Assembly: GCA_030390025.1 (NCBI GenBank)
Contig: CM059432.1
Span: 19,842,001-19,906,000 of the forward strand
Direction: 5' to 3'
From: Squalus acanthias
Lineage: Eukaryota
DNA length: 64,000 nucleotides
Below, in pieces: positions 12,616-26,887 of the stretch (the stretch's first letter is position 1; every line of letters starts with the position of its first letter). The translations under genes and the position numbers were made by a program. The notes beneath the pieces are model-generated. The model ran no database searches. It was given only the letters and a program-made list of their open reading frames with translations, and had not been told where the DNA came from.

Positions 12616-14784
12616 ACCCATCATTTCAGCACGGTGGGAGTGGAGAGATAAAAATGACCACACCTTTCTGGCAGCCATAGGATACTCAGATGTCGGGGCA
12701 TGCTTCTTTGACTTGTCCCCTTCCATTGCATTGTTTATGAAGGTGGGCTCCAGGAGGACTTCCGACCAAGTTCTGCTTATTGTACGGCCAGCAGTCAGTA
12801 CACCGTGGCACTCAAGGGGGCTCCACAATGCCCTATCCAAATGGCAATCAAAGAGAGCACGACTGCCATTTGTAGTGCAACACAATGTTATAGGAGCACC
12901 CACAAGGTACAAATGGAACATGGGGCCAATTAGGCCAAGGCACAGCTGCCAGCCCCAGTGTTCAAATGACTTATGGCCTGGATTTGCAGATGGGTGGATG
13001 GAAATGTGTCCCCGTTGTCCATCTGGCAGCGGAGCAGGATTTCCCAGCTGCTAAATGCGCTTATTACACATGTAAATACATGTTAACGTTATTTTATATA
13101 TGTCGCATTCATTTACTTTAACTCCCGTTCCCTTTATTCATTAAACGCGACAATAATATAAAATGCTTCCAAGATTCAATCTCATCTTGTGTTTCAATCA
13201 ACTGGCTGTTTCTTTCAATTTTGAAATAATTTGTTACTTTATTTTACATGAATTTCTTATTTTTAACCAACGGTTTTTTTTTAGTCTCAACACCTAGAAT
13301 ATACCAGGAAAACTAGACATTCTCCACTGTCCCGTCTAATCTATCTCTCCTTACCAAATAACCAATTTTCTTGCAAATATGCACATAGTCATATCATTCA
13401 AGCCTGAAAATACCAATTAACACTCCCACAATACTTTGTAATAAGAAAGCAACTTGACTTACTTAATCACCGCAAATCAATGGCCCTGATAATATATTCC
13501 ACGTTACAAGGAATAAAACAATTGGGTAGATTTTGACTTTGTGCGATAGTGTAAAACGGATGATAGTGAAGCGGCAGCCCGTTTTACAGCTCCCCTGATT
13601 TTTACTTTTACTTCCACTGACTTCAATGCATCCTCCAATGCACTGTGGTCAATGCCATGGGAGACACATCGGTCAGATATTAAAAGTCCTGCATACATAA
13701 AGTACATGGTCACACTGTCTGCCACACTTCCAAAATGTATGTCAGCTGAGGTAATTGTGGGCACGCTATAATTGGTCTTTGTGCCCTGGATTAGAGCAGG
13801 GAAATATCAGCCAGCAATCCCTGATTTCTATCTATTTCTGGGTCTGCACCAATGAGGACATTGCATGGGAACAGTGTCGGGCTCCGCAGTCAAATAGCTT
13901 GCTCACAAGCATTATCTTAGGTCATAGCTCACGGGTAAAGTGGCTGAGGCAGGCAAACAGTGATTGAACGACACCACAATGGTGGACTAGCGCCTTCAGG
14001 AGAGGATGGAGAAAAATCTGGAGCAGGGGTTGGAGTTAGTTTTTTAAAAAAAGAAACATTTCTCTGCTTGAAATTTTACTCTTAGTAATAAGTTTGGAAT
14101 TATCAGCAAGATAAAATGCTTACAATGCAGAAGTATTCATGGAGTACAGCACCAGACATGAATCTCCAGATAAAATCCACTGGGCTGCACATTAAACAAG
14201 TCTTCTACATTAACTATTAAACTAAAGGTCATATTCTTTAGTTTAAAATATCACACATCTGAACTGTGTAATTAGTTTTCCAGCGGTATTAGATTTTTTA
14301 TAAGGACATAACTTCAGATTCATACACCTCCTCATCTCACTTACATCTGAACTACATTTCAGCCTGCAATGAAATGCTATTAAAAGTTACAGTATCTTTT
14401 CCAACCTCTAAAGTGCTCATTTTAGTTCAGTTTTTGTAAATTCAAAATGCACACACTGGTGATATCTACTAATACAAATCCTAGAATCATAAGAATATAG
14501 GAATCGACAAAGGCAAGTCTGACCACTATGATTATGTCACTCTTCAGTTTAATTTTCAAGACCCATATAGACTTGATACAAAGTGCATTCCTTCGATTGC
14601 TCCTGTTGATTCAGGAATCGGACTATTGCTTTATAAATGCTTCAGTCCAAACTTACTGTGCTATATGGTCATCTAATCAATAGTTAGGAACTCTTCATTG
14701 GCTGTGAAGCACTTTGGGACATCCTGAGTTCGTGAAAGGCCCTATATAATTGCAACTCCTCAGATAATGAAGCAGTCCATGCCC

Positions 14785-15035
14785 ACATGCATCCTACGCG
14801 CTCTCATCCCACGTACTCCCCGCGTGGGAGACATCTACTGCCTCCCAAAGATACACAAAGACAACACACCCGGACGTCCTATCGTATCAGGCAACGGAAC
14901 CCTGTGTGAGAACCTCTCTGGGTACATCGAGGGCATTCTGAAACCCATCGTACAGGGAACCCCCAGCTTCTGTCGCGACACTACAGACTTCTTACAGAAA
15001 CTCAGCACCCATGGACCAGTTGAACCAGGAACTAC
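14785..15035 (+). mobile_element. Penelope-like element RT fragment
   Basis: Translation YCLPKIHKDNTPGRPIVSGNGT...ILKPIVQGTPSFCRDTTDFLQKL is a typical PLE RT N-terminal motif set. Confidence 0.85.
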
Positions 15036-15968
15036 TGGAGCTTAACCAGCTAAAACCACACAGCTTACCAGTTAAGAGTACCAGTAAATTTCCTGCCTCT
15101 TGACCAGCTAGGACCACTCTGACGTGCCAAGCTCCTTCCATGAAAGGGAAAAGTGTATGCACTCTAAATCAGACGAATTTTTCCAGTGGCTTGATTTGGA
15201 AATTCTTATGCGTGGTGATGTATTTCTGTCTGTGTCTGATAGAACCTTACAAATAACCATTTAACTTGACTGGTAGCTATTTTTCATTTGACAGGTTGCC
15301 TGGTGTTTAATTACTCTTGCCCTCCGTCTATGGGGACACTTACAGTTGTCCCAATAGCATTGAGTCCAATGCTATTCCCATTAGCCTGAATGAAATAGGA
15401 CATGCCAGCCACTTGGATGTTAGAGACATCCAAGTACAATACAACGTTCCGGGATTACTTGTCCCCAACTTCTTAAACCAGGTCCTTTCCAGAAGAGATT
15501 TGTCCAAGATATAGCTGGCATTCACCAGAAACCGCAGATACTGTTATGAGTCAACAATAAGGGCAGATGTCCTTTGTATCTGCCAATACCTTCCAGATCC
15601 CTGTTTGAGCCAAGGAAAGCCATAATACTACACTTGGGATGCTGACCAATGGATCCCATTGTTTGAGGTGGTGAGTGGAGCGGACTATATCCCAGGAAAA
15701 CTTTGCCAAAAAACCAAAATTAATCTGCAAAAAGATGTCACAATTCTATTTTGACCAGTGTCATTTTAGGCACAACACTGGCTTCAAATCTTATAGCAAG
15801 TAATTGAAGGAATTATGCCAAAAACCTGGAAAACTGTTGCATTTCTGAGGTCTGTGCAGCATTTCCAATGTGCAAAGTTTTGTCCTTGTGTACAGCTGAG
15901 ATTCAAAAGCAACGTACCATCTATTGTGTCAGCCAAGTCTACAGCCTGTGAATTTTGAGCTGATGTTT

Positions 15969-17822
15969 GCTGGAAGGAGCACTTCGAAGATCTCCTTAAC
16001 CGAGACTCTGTCTTCGACGCGAGTGTCCGCAACTCCATCTCGCAGCATGCTACCCGCCACCATCTCAGCACAACCCCAGCCCGGCATGAGGTTGAAAAGG
16101 CCATCCCACAACTGAAGAACAACAAGGCCTCAGGAGCAGATGGAATCCCTGCCGAGGCACCAAAGCATGGCAGAGAAGCACTACTGGCGCGAATTTATGA
16201 ACTAATTTCTCTTATCTGGAAGGAGGAGAGCATGCCAGGGGATCTCAGAGATGCCGTAATTGTGATCATCTTCAAGAAAGGTGACAAGTCCGATAGTGGT
16301 AATTACAGAGGCGTTTCCCTGCTGTCTGCCACAGGGAAAGTGATCGCAAGAATCCTCCTCAATCGCCTTCTCCCAGTGGCCGAAGAGCTCCTCCAAGAGT
16401 CGCAATGCGGATTCCGCCCACTAAGGGGCACAATGGACATGATCTTCACCGCACGTCAATTACAAGAGAAATGCAGAGAACAGCACCAACCGCTGTACAT
16501 GGCCTTCTTTGATCTCACAAAGGCCTTCGACACTGTCAACCGTGAGGGATTATGGAGTGTCCTCCTCAAATTCGGCTGCCCTCAAAAGTTTGTCACCATC
16601 CTCTGCCTGCTTCACGATGACATGCAAGCCGTGATCCTGGCCAACGGTTCCACCACAGACCCAATTCACGTACGAACCGGGGTCAAGCAAGGCTGTGTCA
16701 TCGCACCAACGCTCTTCTCGATCTTCCTGGCTGCAATGCTCCATTTCACCCTCAGTAAGCTCCCCGCTGGAGTGGAGCAAATTTGCAGAACAAACGGGAA
16801 ACTGTTCAACCTCCGTCGCCTCCAGTCCAGATCCAAGGTCGTCCCATCCTCTGTCGTCGAATTACAGTATGCAGGCAACGCTTGTGTCTGCGCTCACTCG
16901 GAGGTTGAACTCCAAACCATCGTCAACACCTTCACCGAAGCGTACAAGAGCATGGGCCTTACACTAAACATCCGTAAGACAAAGGTCCTCTAACAACCTG
17001 CCCAAATCACACAGTACTGTCCCCCGATTATCAAAATCCACGACAAGGCCTTGGACAACGTGGACCACTTTCCATACCTCGGGAGCCTACTGTCAACAAG
17101 GGCAGATGGCGATGACGAAGTCCAACACCGCCTTCAGTGTGCCAGTGCAGCCTTCAGTCGCCTGAGGAAGAGAGAGTTTGAAGACCAGGACCTCAAACCC
17201 ATGGTCTACAGAGCAGCAGTGATACCCGCCCTGCTGTATGCCTCAGAGACATGGACCGTGTACAGCAGGCACCTCAAAGCACTGGAGAGGTACCACCAAC
17301 GCTGCCTCCGCAAGATCCTGCAAATCCATTGGCAGGATAGGCGCACCAACGTCAGTGTTCTCGCTCAGGCCAACATCCCCAGCATCGAAGCTTTGACCAC
17401 GCTCGATCAGCTCCGATGGACAGGTCACATCGTCCGCATGCTCAATACGAGACTCCCAAAACAAGCGCTCTACTCGGAGCTCTGGTACGGTAAGAGAGCC
17501 CCAGGTGGGCAGAGGAAACGCTTCAGGGACACCCTCAAAGCCTCCTTGAAAAAGTGCAACATCCCCACTGACACCTGGGAATCCCTGGCCCAAGACCGCA
17601 CAAAGTGGAGGAGAAGCATCCAGGAAGGCGCCGAACACCTCGAGTCTCTTTGCCGGGAGCACGTCAACCCAAGCACCCCACCCACCCGCCCCTTCAACCA
17701 CCGTCTGCCCCATCTGTGACAGAGACTGTAGGTCCCGCATTGGACTCATCTGTCACCTGAGAACTCATTTTTAATGTGGAAGCAAGTCATCCTCGGTTCC
17801 GAGGGACTGCCTAAGAAGGAGG
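15969..17822 (+). mobile_element. RTE (BovB-like) LINE, 5'-truncated, RT pseudogene
   Basis: ORFs 16232-16993 and 17051-17719 with NYRGVSLLS, FDLTKAFDTV, GVKQGC, YAGN (mutated YADD) and LRWTGHIVRM; 3' end GAGGGACTGCCTAAGAAG. Confidence 0.92.
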
Positions 17823-18115
17823 ATGTCCTTTTTAAAAAAATACGAACAATTATAGGGCACTCTCTATGAATTGTCAAGGGCAGTATGTCAGAGCAATTGG
17901 ATATGCACATAGAACAGGAAGCAGGAAAAGGAAGAATACCTAATTGTTGATTGATTTTGCTTTGGCTAGAGGGTTGGGGAGGTGGATTTTAAACAGGATG
18001 GCCTGCCAGCAGTATTCCCATGTCATAATGGACTGTTAAAAGGGGCCGTACAAGAGGATGGCATTCAAAATAAACTAATAAATTAAATGCAAACAATGGG
18101 ATAATAGTTTCTCTC

Positions 18116-19438
18116 TCAGCTAATCTTGTTCACGTGAACCACCTCCTGCTCTCTCGAACCTATTCCCACTAAACTGCTGACCACCCAACTTCCCTTCCTG
18201 GTCCCCAGGTTAGCTGTTATTATTAATGGTTCCTTATCCTCTGGTACAGTCCACCTCCCTTTCAGATTTGCTGTCATCACCGCCCTCCTCAAAAAAACCA
18301 CCAATGGCCCCACTGTCCTTGCAGACTGCCGCCCCATGTCCAATCTCTTTTTTCTCTCCATAGTCCTTGCACGTATTGCTGCCAATTCCATGCCCATCTT
18401 TTCGGCAACTCAATGTTCAAATGTCTCCAATCATGTTTCCGCCCCTGCCACATCACTGAAACGGCTCTTAACAAAGTTACAAATGACATCCTATGTGACT
18501 GAGACCGTGGTGCACTATCCCTTCTCATCCTTCTTGGCCTGTTTGCAGCCTTTGATACGGTTGATCACACCATCCTTCTCCACTGTCCAGCTGAGTGGGA
18601 CGACCATCACCTGGTTCCATTCTTATCTGTCCTGTCGTAGCCAGAGAATGTTCTGCAATGGCTTCTCTTCCCGCTCCTGCACTGTCACCTACATTACAAG
18701 TGACTACACTTAAAAATCCTTTAAGGATTTATGTATATGGACAGCAACATCTCTCTGCTCATCTACACTTTTCAAAATCATGCTATTTAGAGTATATTGT
18801 CTTTCCAAAGTGTATCACTTCACACTTCTCCGCAATGAACTCCATCTGCCATGCTTCTGTCCATTTCATCGTCTTCTCTATGTCATCCTGAAGCCTATAA
18901 CTATCCTCATCACTATCAACTAGTTTGCCAAGTTTTGTATCTTCTGCAAATTTCAGCTCATCCAAAATGCTGCTGCCCATATCTTAACTCGCACCAAGTC
19001 CCGTTCATGCATCACCCCTGTGCTCACTAACCTACATTGGCTCCTGGTCCAGCAACGGCTCGAATTTAGAATTCTCATCCTTGTATTCAAATCCTTCCAT
19101 GGCCTCATCCCTCCCTAGCTCTGTAACTGTCTCCAGCCCTACAACCTCCTGAGAACTCTGCATTCCTCCGATTCTGGCTTCTTGTGCATTTCCGATTTTC
19201 TACACCCCATCAGTGGTGGCCGTGCCTTCAACTGTCGAGGCCCGAAGCTCTGCAATTTCCTCCCTAAACCTCTCCACCTCTCTTTACTCCTTTAAGACGC
19301 TCCTTAAAACCTACCTATCTCCTGTCCTAATATCTCCTTATGTGGCTTAGTGCAAAATTGTCTCTGATAATGCTCCTGTGAAGTGCCTTGGGGTTTTTTA
19401 CTATGTTAAAGGCACTATATAAATACAAGTTGTTGTTA
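18116..19438 (+). mobile_element. L2 LINE fragment, interrupted by a CR1 piece
   Basis: Decayed L2 ORF2 motifs (...PIPTKLL..., ITPVLTNLHWL) and L2-like tail AAGGCACTATATAAATACAAGTTGTTG. Confidence 0.8.
18780..18955 (-). mobile_element. CR1 RT fragment inside L2
   Basis: KFAEDTKLG...LQDDI...WQMEFIAEKCEVIHFG. Confidence 0.8.
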
Positions 19439-19629
19439 TTAATCAGATTGTTAGAAGTGAAAACATAGTGGCATCACTGCCAACATTCACAATTTTGTTA
19501 ACTAATTAGCAACATTTTACACTACTATATTAATCCATACATTTCACTGGGATACAAAGGAAAGAAAAGCAAATAGTTAACTAGTGTTTTGGTAATGATG
19601 GATTAGGAGATAGATAACACCAACAATTT

Positions 19630-19880
19630 GTATCTATATATAACACAGAAAACCATTCCAAGGCGCTTCACAGAGCCATGAGGAAAATGGATGCTGTACC
19701 AAAGAATAAGACATTAGGAGGGGTGACAAAAACTTCATTAAAGAGGTAGATTGTAGTGATGGTCTGAAAGGAAGTGAGCAAGGCGGAGAGGGAGAGTGGT
19801 TTAGGATGGGAATTTCAGAGAGGGAGACCAATGGTGGGGTGAAAGGAGGGGTGATGCTCAGGAGACCTGAGTCAGAGGAA
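19630..19880 (-). mobile_element. L2 3' fragment
   Basis: Reverse complement resembles the L2 3' end at 19150-19438. Confidence 0.6.
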
Positions 19881-20914
19881 TGGGCAGGGATAGGTCTAGA
19901 TTAAGTGATGGAAGCATGGGCTGCAACTAGAAAGAGAGCTTGATAGAACCACAGAGTTACTGGAAGAATCGACAATGAACAAATGGACAGGGTAATGGAG
20001 CAGGACAGAAAGACGAGAGCGTATCGACAGAATGACGAGTGACTGAGCTGCAGAGAGCAGCTGTATTTAACAGATTGTTGAATCTAGTCTGAACACAAGG
20101 GGTTTAAGTCCCTCTGTGATTGTCCTAGTTAACTTGTTCACACAAAATTCCATTGTGTGTTACTTTAGTGCAGATGTTGACCCATTTTAAACACATGGCT
20201 TGATGTGTTACCAGTGCACTGCTGAAATGAAACCTCCAGAAGTCAAATTTCAATATTGGAAGAATTCTAATCTCAGACACGTATCAAAAAAAATTACAGT
20301 ACACAATTTCCCACTTGTTACTGGTCTATTGTGAGGTGCAGCAGCAAATTCAAACAAGGAGACTTTCTGAAAACGTTAGCAGAATGAACTATTTTCTTAC
20401 AACTGCTTAAGGCTTCACCATGGGCTGGCAATTGAGCAGCTTATTGTTTTAGTCTGCCAACTGAACCCAAGACCATTTTGTTTTGACCTAGCAGCATATA
20501 ATTGATGGTTTGAGCTGACTGCTTACAACTCACACTGATATTTTGCCAGCAGGTAAAGTTCTGAAAATACAACAAAAAAAAAAATGTTTCTTGATGTTTG
20601 CTTAACCTTCCACGTTCAGTTGGGAATTGCTCACTGACTGAAATGATTCGCAGAAACAGAGCAGCACATTCACATTACAGTCAGTCCCATGCTTCCTGAT
20701 CTGTGCGCACTACCACTGTCACATGAAAGAGACACCGACAGGACGACTGAGGAGTGATCAACACTGTCAATACTGGACAAATCCTGGGTCTAAGATTACT
20801 CTCACATATCACAAACCTGAAGGCCCACTCACGCCTAAAACATGACAATAGCTAAAATTGGTCAGCTGCAACTATCATATGGGCCATAAAATGGCTCTCT
20901 CTCTGAGAGGGAGG

Positions 20915-21360
20915 GACTGAGAGACACCAAGGGTTAAATTACGAGGAGAGATTACACAAACTTGGATTGGATTCCCTAGAATTTAGAAGCTTAAGGGGTG
21001 ATTTGATCGAAGTTTTCAAGAATATTAAGGGGAACTGATAGGGTAGATAGAGAGAAACTATTTCCGCGGGTTGGGGAGTCTAGGACTAGGGGACATAATC
21101 TAAAAATTAGAGCCAGGCCTTTCAGGAGTGAAGTTACGAAACACTTCTACTCGCAAAGGGTGGTACAGTTTGGAACTCTCTTCCGCAAATGGCAGTTGAT
21201 GCGAGGCCAATTGTTAATTTAAAATCTGAGATTTGTTAACCAAAGGTATTAAGGAGTATGTGGCAACTGTAGGTATATGGAGTTAGTTCACAGATCAGCC
21301 ATGATCTCATTGAATGGTGGAACAGGTTCGAGGGGCTAAATGGCCTACTCCTGTTCCTGC
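20915..21360 (+). mobile_element. CR1 3' fragment
   Basis: YEERL..LGL...RGHNLK coding remnant plus 3' UTR GATCAGCCATGATC...GGCCTACTCCTGTTCC. Confidence 0.85.
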
Positions 21361-21474
21361 GTTCAGTATTCTTCTCTCCTCTCCTCTTTATTTTCTTCAC
21401 TCTTTCTCTGGCACCATTTTTCTGCGATTCCCTTTCTTTCTCCACAGTCCATTTGTTTTTTTTTTAATTCATTC

Positions 21475-21760
21475 ATTCACAGGATGTGGGCGTCACTGGC
21501 AAGGCCAGCATTTATTGCCCATCCCTAATTGCCCTTGAGCCGCCTTCTTGAACCGCTGCAGTCCGTGTGGTGAAGGTGCTCCCACAGTGCTGTTAGGGAG
21601 GGAGTGCCAGGGACAATGAAGAAACGGCGATATATTTCCTAGTCCGGACGGTGTGTGGCTTGGAGGGGAACTTGGCGGCGGTGGTGTTCTCATGTGCCTG
21701 CTTCCCTTGTCCTTCTAGGCGGTAGAGGCCGTGGGTTTGGGAGGTGTTGTCGAAGAATGT
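21475..21760 (-). mobile_element. CR1-clade LINE 3' end
   Basis: Similar to 10195-10500 and to the reverse complement of 61500-61790. Confidence 0.75.
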
Positions 21761-22599
21761 TTCTGTTGCTTCCGCTCGTTGCACAGTGAAATAATGCCAG
21801 AGACAACAGCAGAGGCAGTGATCGTGCAAGCCTTCAACTGAAATTATACAGCATACAGTTTTAATAGGGCGATTTCACTATCTCTATGAATTCGATATCA
21901 CAATGAGCGCTTGTTTGTTTCCTTTTGCTCTCCAGCAAGAGGAATGCTGAGGGTGACACGCAGTAAATCATAATCCTCGAGCAGCTAAACAGGAGATTGT
22001 GATCTTCCATGTGAGATTCTCGTCAAGTGCTGGAAAATTGGTAGGCCTGCTGGCCATAGATTTATATGGGACCCCACTGAGTGGTTTTAAGATCACTTCA
22101 AACCACTTGCCAATGTTATCTTATCTAACAGAGAGGCAAATCAGAAGTGCAGCACAGAAAATAATCCAACAATTTAGCAGAAACTGTTCCAGTACTAGTA
22201 CCGGGCAAAACAATCCTTTCTATTCTCTCTTACCATTATTTCTGGGGGGTTTTTTATACAGCTGTGTCATAGATTTTTTTTTTCAAAAGTCAGGCTGGAC
22301 AATCTTTAGCAGCCAGTCGAGGTGCATTTTAATTGACAACCTGCAGTAAGAATATATGCAGCAAGCTTCATGGAATTTTTTTTTTTAAGTTCTGTCATCA
22401 GAAACGCATGAGAATACCTTGCCCCAAATTCACAAACCAACAACTCACAAACCAACTGTGTTAGGGATAGGCAAAGGGTTGGGGTGCGATCATGGCTTGT
22501 GCTACTGATGAAAAACTATTGAATGTCTTAATAACAACAACTAGGTGCCTCCACATCATAAGACTCAGGAAAACATAAGGGAAAAAAGCCAAGGCAGGC

Positions 22600-22757
22600 A
22601 GGGCACCTCACCTAAGGGTGGCATCTCTGACAATGGCAGCCTTTGTACATCATTGAAGTGTCAGCCTAGATTCTGTGGTCAGATCCTGGGCTGGGGCCTT
22701 GTCGCACAAACTTCTAGCTCAGAGGTAACGGTGCTATCAACTAAGGCAAGTTAACAC
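22600..22757 (-). mobile_element. Degraded Deu-SINE head
   Basis: Similar to 4230-4377 (TGTCAGCCTAG...). Confidence 0.55.
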
Positions 22758-24185
22758 TCAGGTACACAACAATGGCACTATCTTTATTCACCAACTAAGT
22801 AATAGGTCTTTGGCGAAACCTAATGTACCACAAATGTGAAAATTATAATGAAATACAAGAAAGTAATAGAGCTGGTACTATGACAGCCATTAATTCCAAC
22901 CAGGGACTCCTTCTTAACCCATTCAATTGCCTGATGAAAGCACTGACAGACCCAATGACTTGTTACAGATTAAAAGAATCTCTCTCTCACTATATATATT
23001 ATATATATATATATATACACACACACAGACATAAGAAGAATTTGTAGCATTCTAGTTTGTGACAATTGTTTTACATGGTCCAATGTATATAGTTTCTGGG
23101 ACTATTGGCTATGTTTAACAGTATGGGGATGGTGTGGAATATACAAGTGGTCAGCACTCCCCAAAAGAAATAATTCATCCCTATTTATGTGGATTACCTG
23201 TACACTGCCCAACATTGAGGTTTCAGCCGACTCATGTCATTTGAGACCGAGCCCGTCATATTGCTTAACAAAGACTAGCGGATGCCAAATCCCCCAGGTG
23301 ACAGAAATAATAAATATGATCACTGGGCTGCTATCGACCTACATTTACAGCCTATGGCCTTTGCAATTATCCCAGCAGGGGTTCTGTGAGAAAGACTCTG
23401 TTTTGTTTTGTCCTGAAGGTGTGTGAATTGCTTGTCCGTATTCTAAGATTGACAGATTTGTTCCATTATAAAGATTTATTTTATTTTCCTTCTGTATCAG
23501 CTTGACATCAAAAGGGAAGAAAAGCGAAGGAACTACCTGTGTTGCCTGTGCTCTTTAGTTCCCTGCAAGATTGGTATGCATTGCGCCTGTTTTACGCACC
23601 AAAATCAGGCACGACACATACTAATTTCTATCCCTCTAGGTTATATTTTCTTCACAGATACATGGCCAAAGATTACAAGAATCACTGCAACTTTGAGATT
23701 TTTGTTCTGAAACTGTTCTCAATTATGGTGAGAAATCAAGTATAGCACCAGTGCTAATTAATCCATTTTGCTTCTGTTTTATTTCGGCCTTTTAATAAAC
23801 ATGTTTTAGCCTGAATCATGTGGTCTGTTAGTGTGTTCTTTTCCATTATTTTTGGAGGGCTACGGAGTGTACGGTGTTACGCTGCATTATTTCCGGTGTA
23901 CATTCATCGATAAAAGGGTTAGTTGTGGCCCAGTATCGCAGGTTAATTCATTGCATAAGCCCATGTTTTGGTTAACAGCAAACAAGAACCTGTTGATGGA
24001 AGTGGACTTGTATGCTGGGCACAAGAGCACCTGGAATAAACTCAAATTCCAACAGAGATAACCAACCATGAGTAATGAGAAGTTCCTGAGAAATTTCTCT
24101 AAAATCCCAAAGAGGATCAAGCTAAATTGCAGCATATCGATCCAACCCCACAACCCACAATTACAGACCCACAAATACAAAATAC

Positions 24186-24885
24186 CAGTCGCTGAAAGTA
24201 AGCATGCAGGTGCAGCAGGCGGTAAAGAAGGCAAATGGTATGTTGGCCTTCATAGCGAAAGGATTTGAGTATAGGAACAGGGATGTCCTGCTGCAGTTGT
24301 ACAGGGCCTTGGTGAGACCACACCTTGAGTACTGTGTGCAGTTTTGGTCGCCTTATCTGAGGAAGGATGTTCTTGCCATGGAAGGAGTTCAGCGAAGATT
24401 CACAAGGCTGATACCTGGGATGGCAGGAATGACATATGAGGAGAGATTGGGTCGATTGGGCTTATACTCGCTGGCGTATAGAAGAATGAGAGGGGATCTC
24501 ATCGAAACATATAAAATTCTGACAGGTCTGGACAAACTAGATGCAGGAAGAATGTTCCCGATGGTCGGAGAGTCCAGAACCAGGGGTCATAATCTAAGGA
24601 TAACGGGTAATTCATTTAGGACAGAAATGAGGAAGAATTTCTTCACCCAGAGAGTGGTGAACCTGTGGAATTCTCTACCACAGAAGGTAGTTGAGGCCAA
24701 GTCATTAAATATATTCAAGAATGAGTTAGATATATTTCTTAAAGCTAAAAGTATCAAGGGATATGGGGAGAAGGCAGGTACAGGGTACTGAGTTTGGATG
24801 ATCAGCCATGATCTCATCGAATGGCGGAGCAGGCTCGAGGGGCCGAATGGCCTACTCCTGCTCCTATCTTCTATGTTTCTATGTT
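24186..24885 (+). mobile_element. CR1 LINE 3' fragment
   Basis: ORF 24204-24791 LYRALVRPHLEYCVQFWSP...RGDLIETYKI...FFTQRVVNLWNSLP; tail TTCTATGTTTCTATG. Confidence 0.92.
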
Positions 24886-25044
24886 ACAGCTAGTTTTGTC
24901 CCACAAATGATTCATTCATGATTTGATCAGCATATAAACCACTGTGCTTCACAGATTATTTCATCACCCCTGTCAATCTCATTCTAATGTGGATATGTGC
25001 CCAACTCTTGGGCCGCGATTTCCCCTACCTCGGCGGGTCCGGTG

Positions 25045-25470
25045 AGGCATTTGTGCCTTCAGCCGTCTAGGGCCCAAGCTCTGGAATTCCCTCCCTAAAC
25101 CTCTCTGCTTTTCCACCTGTTCTCCTTTAAGACCCTCCTTGAAACTTACTTCTTTAACCAAGCTTTTAGTTACCCCTCCTAATATCTCCTTCATTTTTAG
25201 TCTGATTACGCTTCTTTGAAGTGCCTTGGGACATTTAACTACGTCAAAGATGATATGTAAATGCACGTTGTTTTTGTCACGTGTGGACATATATCACCTT
25301 TCCTTCATTATCACTGGGTCAAAATCCGGGCAATCCCTACCTAACAGAATTGTGGGAGCAACTTCCCCGCACAGATTGCAGCCGTTCAAGAAGAGGACCC
25401 ACCACCACCTTCTCGAGAGCAATTGGGAATAGGCAATAAATGCCAGTCTTGCCAGCGATGCTTACCACCC
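25045..25470 (+). mobile_element. Adjacent L2 3' end and CR1-clade 3' end
   Basis: 25045-25270 resembles 19215-19438; 25280-25470 resembles 61600-61790. Confidence 0.65.
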
Positions 25471-26329
25471 AAAAAACAAAGGAAAAAATTAATTGCTCTT
25501 TGGTCTCGCCCGAGATTTGCTAGTTCAACGATCATGTCCTTTGGATTTGTGCTCTTTGTTTGCATTAAATCATCTTTTTTCACGCACATTATCCATGTCA
25601 CTCATCATTTTAAGGACCTGGATCATGTTTCGTTTCGTTTTTGTTCCCAATTGAAAAGAAATCTGAACTGCGAGTCTTTCTTCATAATTTAGAACTGCAG
25701 ATAATGAATCATCCCTTATGCTCCTCTGTCTTCTCTTCGATGCAACACTGCTGCCCTTGGAAGGTAGTTTACTGAAAATGACATATATTATTCTGAATGC
25801 AGTCTTACCGATGACTTATACAAAGTTAAAGTGACCTGTTTCAAGTTCTAATCCAATGTTCTTGAAAAGCATTGCGGTATTTGATTAGGATTGCTGATAA
25901 CAGCCTCACGTTGTCTGGATACTTGCAGGGAATGACTGATAATCACACACAAATCCTTTTCCACCTTTAAAATGGACAGGCGTTACCATAGCAACTCTGG
26001 CCTTACTTCTCTGAAGCATCGTGGAATGCCAATAGTATAAAACATAACTCAAGGCTGCTATGCAGCAGACCCTCCGAAATGTCTCACATAACCCATAAAA
26101 AAATTATGCAAAAATCCGCCTAAATAGAAAATGAACCTGTCCACCAAGATCAAACTCCAACAACTAACTCACGCACATATTCCTCGTATTCTCTTCGGCA
26201 AACAAGTGGCTGCTGTTGAGAACATGAATATCGCACTGCCCCACAGCATTCTGGGATGCTACTAATCCATGTTACCATCGGTCCAAAAAAAAAAGGGGTC
26301 ACCAGAGTGAGGCAAAATCTGCTTATAAC

Positions 26330-26501
26330 ACTAATGCTAAAGCAAAATACTGCGGATACTGGAAATCAAAAACAGAAAATGCTGGAAATACTCAGCAGGT
26401 CAGACAGATGACCTTTCATCGACCTGAAACGTCAACTCTGTTTCTCTCTCCACAGATGCTGCCTGACCTGCTGAGTATCTCCGGCATTTTCTGTTTTTAT
26501 T
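26330..26501. mobile_element. Penelope-derived palindromic (fold-back) terminal-repeat insertion
   Basis: Inverted arms AAAACAGAAAATGCTGGAAATACTCAGCAGGTCAG / CTGACCTGCTGAGTATCTCCGGCATTTTCTGTTTT; 12-bp TSD TCTGCTTATAAC (26318-26329, 26502-26513); similar to PLE end 31460-31590. Confidence 0.75.
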
Positions 26502-26887
26502 TCTGCTTATAACGTGTAAGCTTCTTTGTAACTAACATTAAAAAAACCATACAGATACTTTACAGAAACAGAATAGTGTGCATGGCACCACAGAAAGGGG
26601 TATGTGGGCTCATTATTAAACCGCCACGTGCAGCCACGTCACTGTGAAGAAGCCAGTCGGGCACTTCTTGGCTGGTTGGAGGAGGAAGAGGAACAATCCG
26701 CAGGAAGAGGTGCTCACTGTGCCAACTTCACTTCATGCACCTCAACGTAACTGGCTTAAAGCAACACCGACAAAGGGCTGGGAACAGGTCGCCTGACCTC
26801 CCTCACACTTTGACATGTACTAATTTATGAATATTCATTGTTGACGTTAGTAGTGCAGTAATTATACATTGCACTATAATTATCTCA

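Noticed and set aside
15344..15724. Minus-strand exon candidate with GTAAGT donor
   Set aside because: The 381-bp version has stops in all three frames, and the shorter version gives no recognisable peptide.
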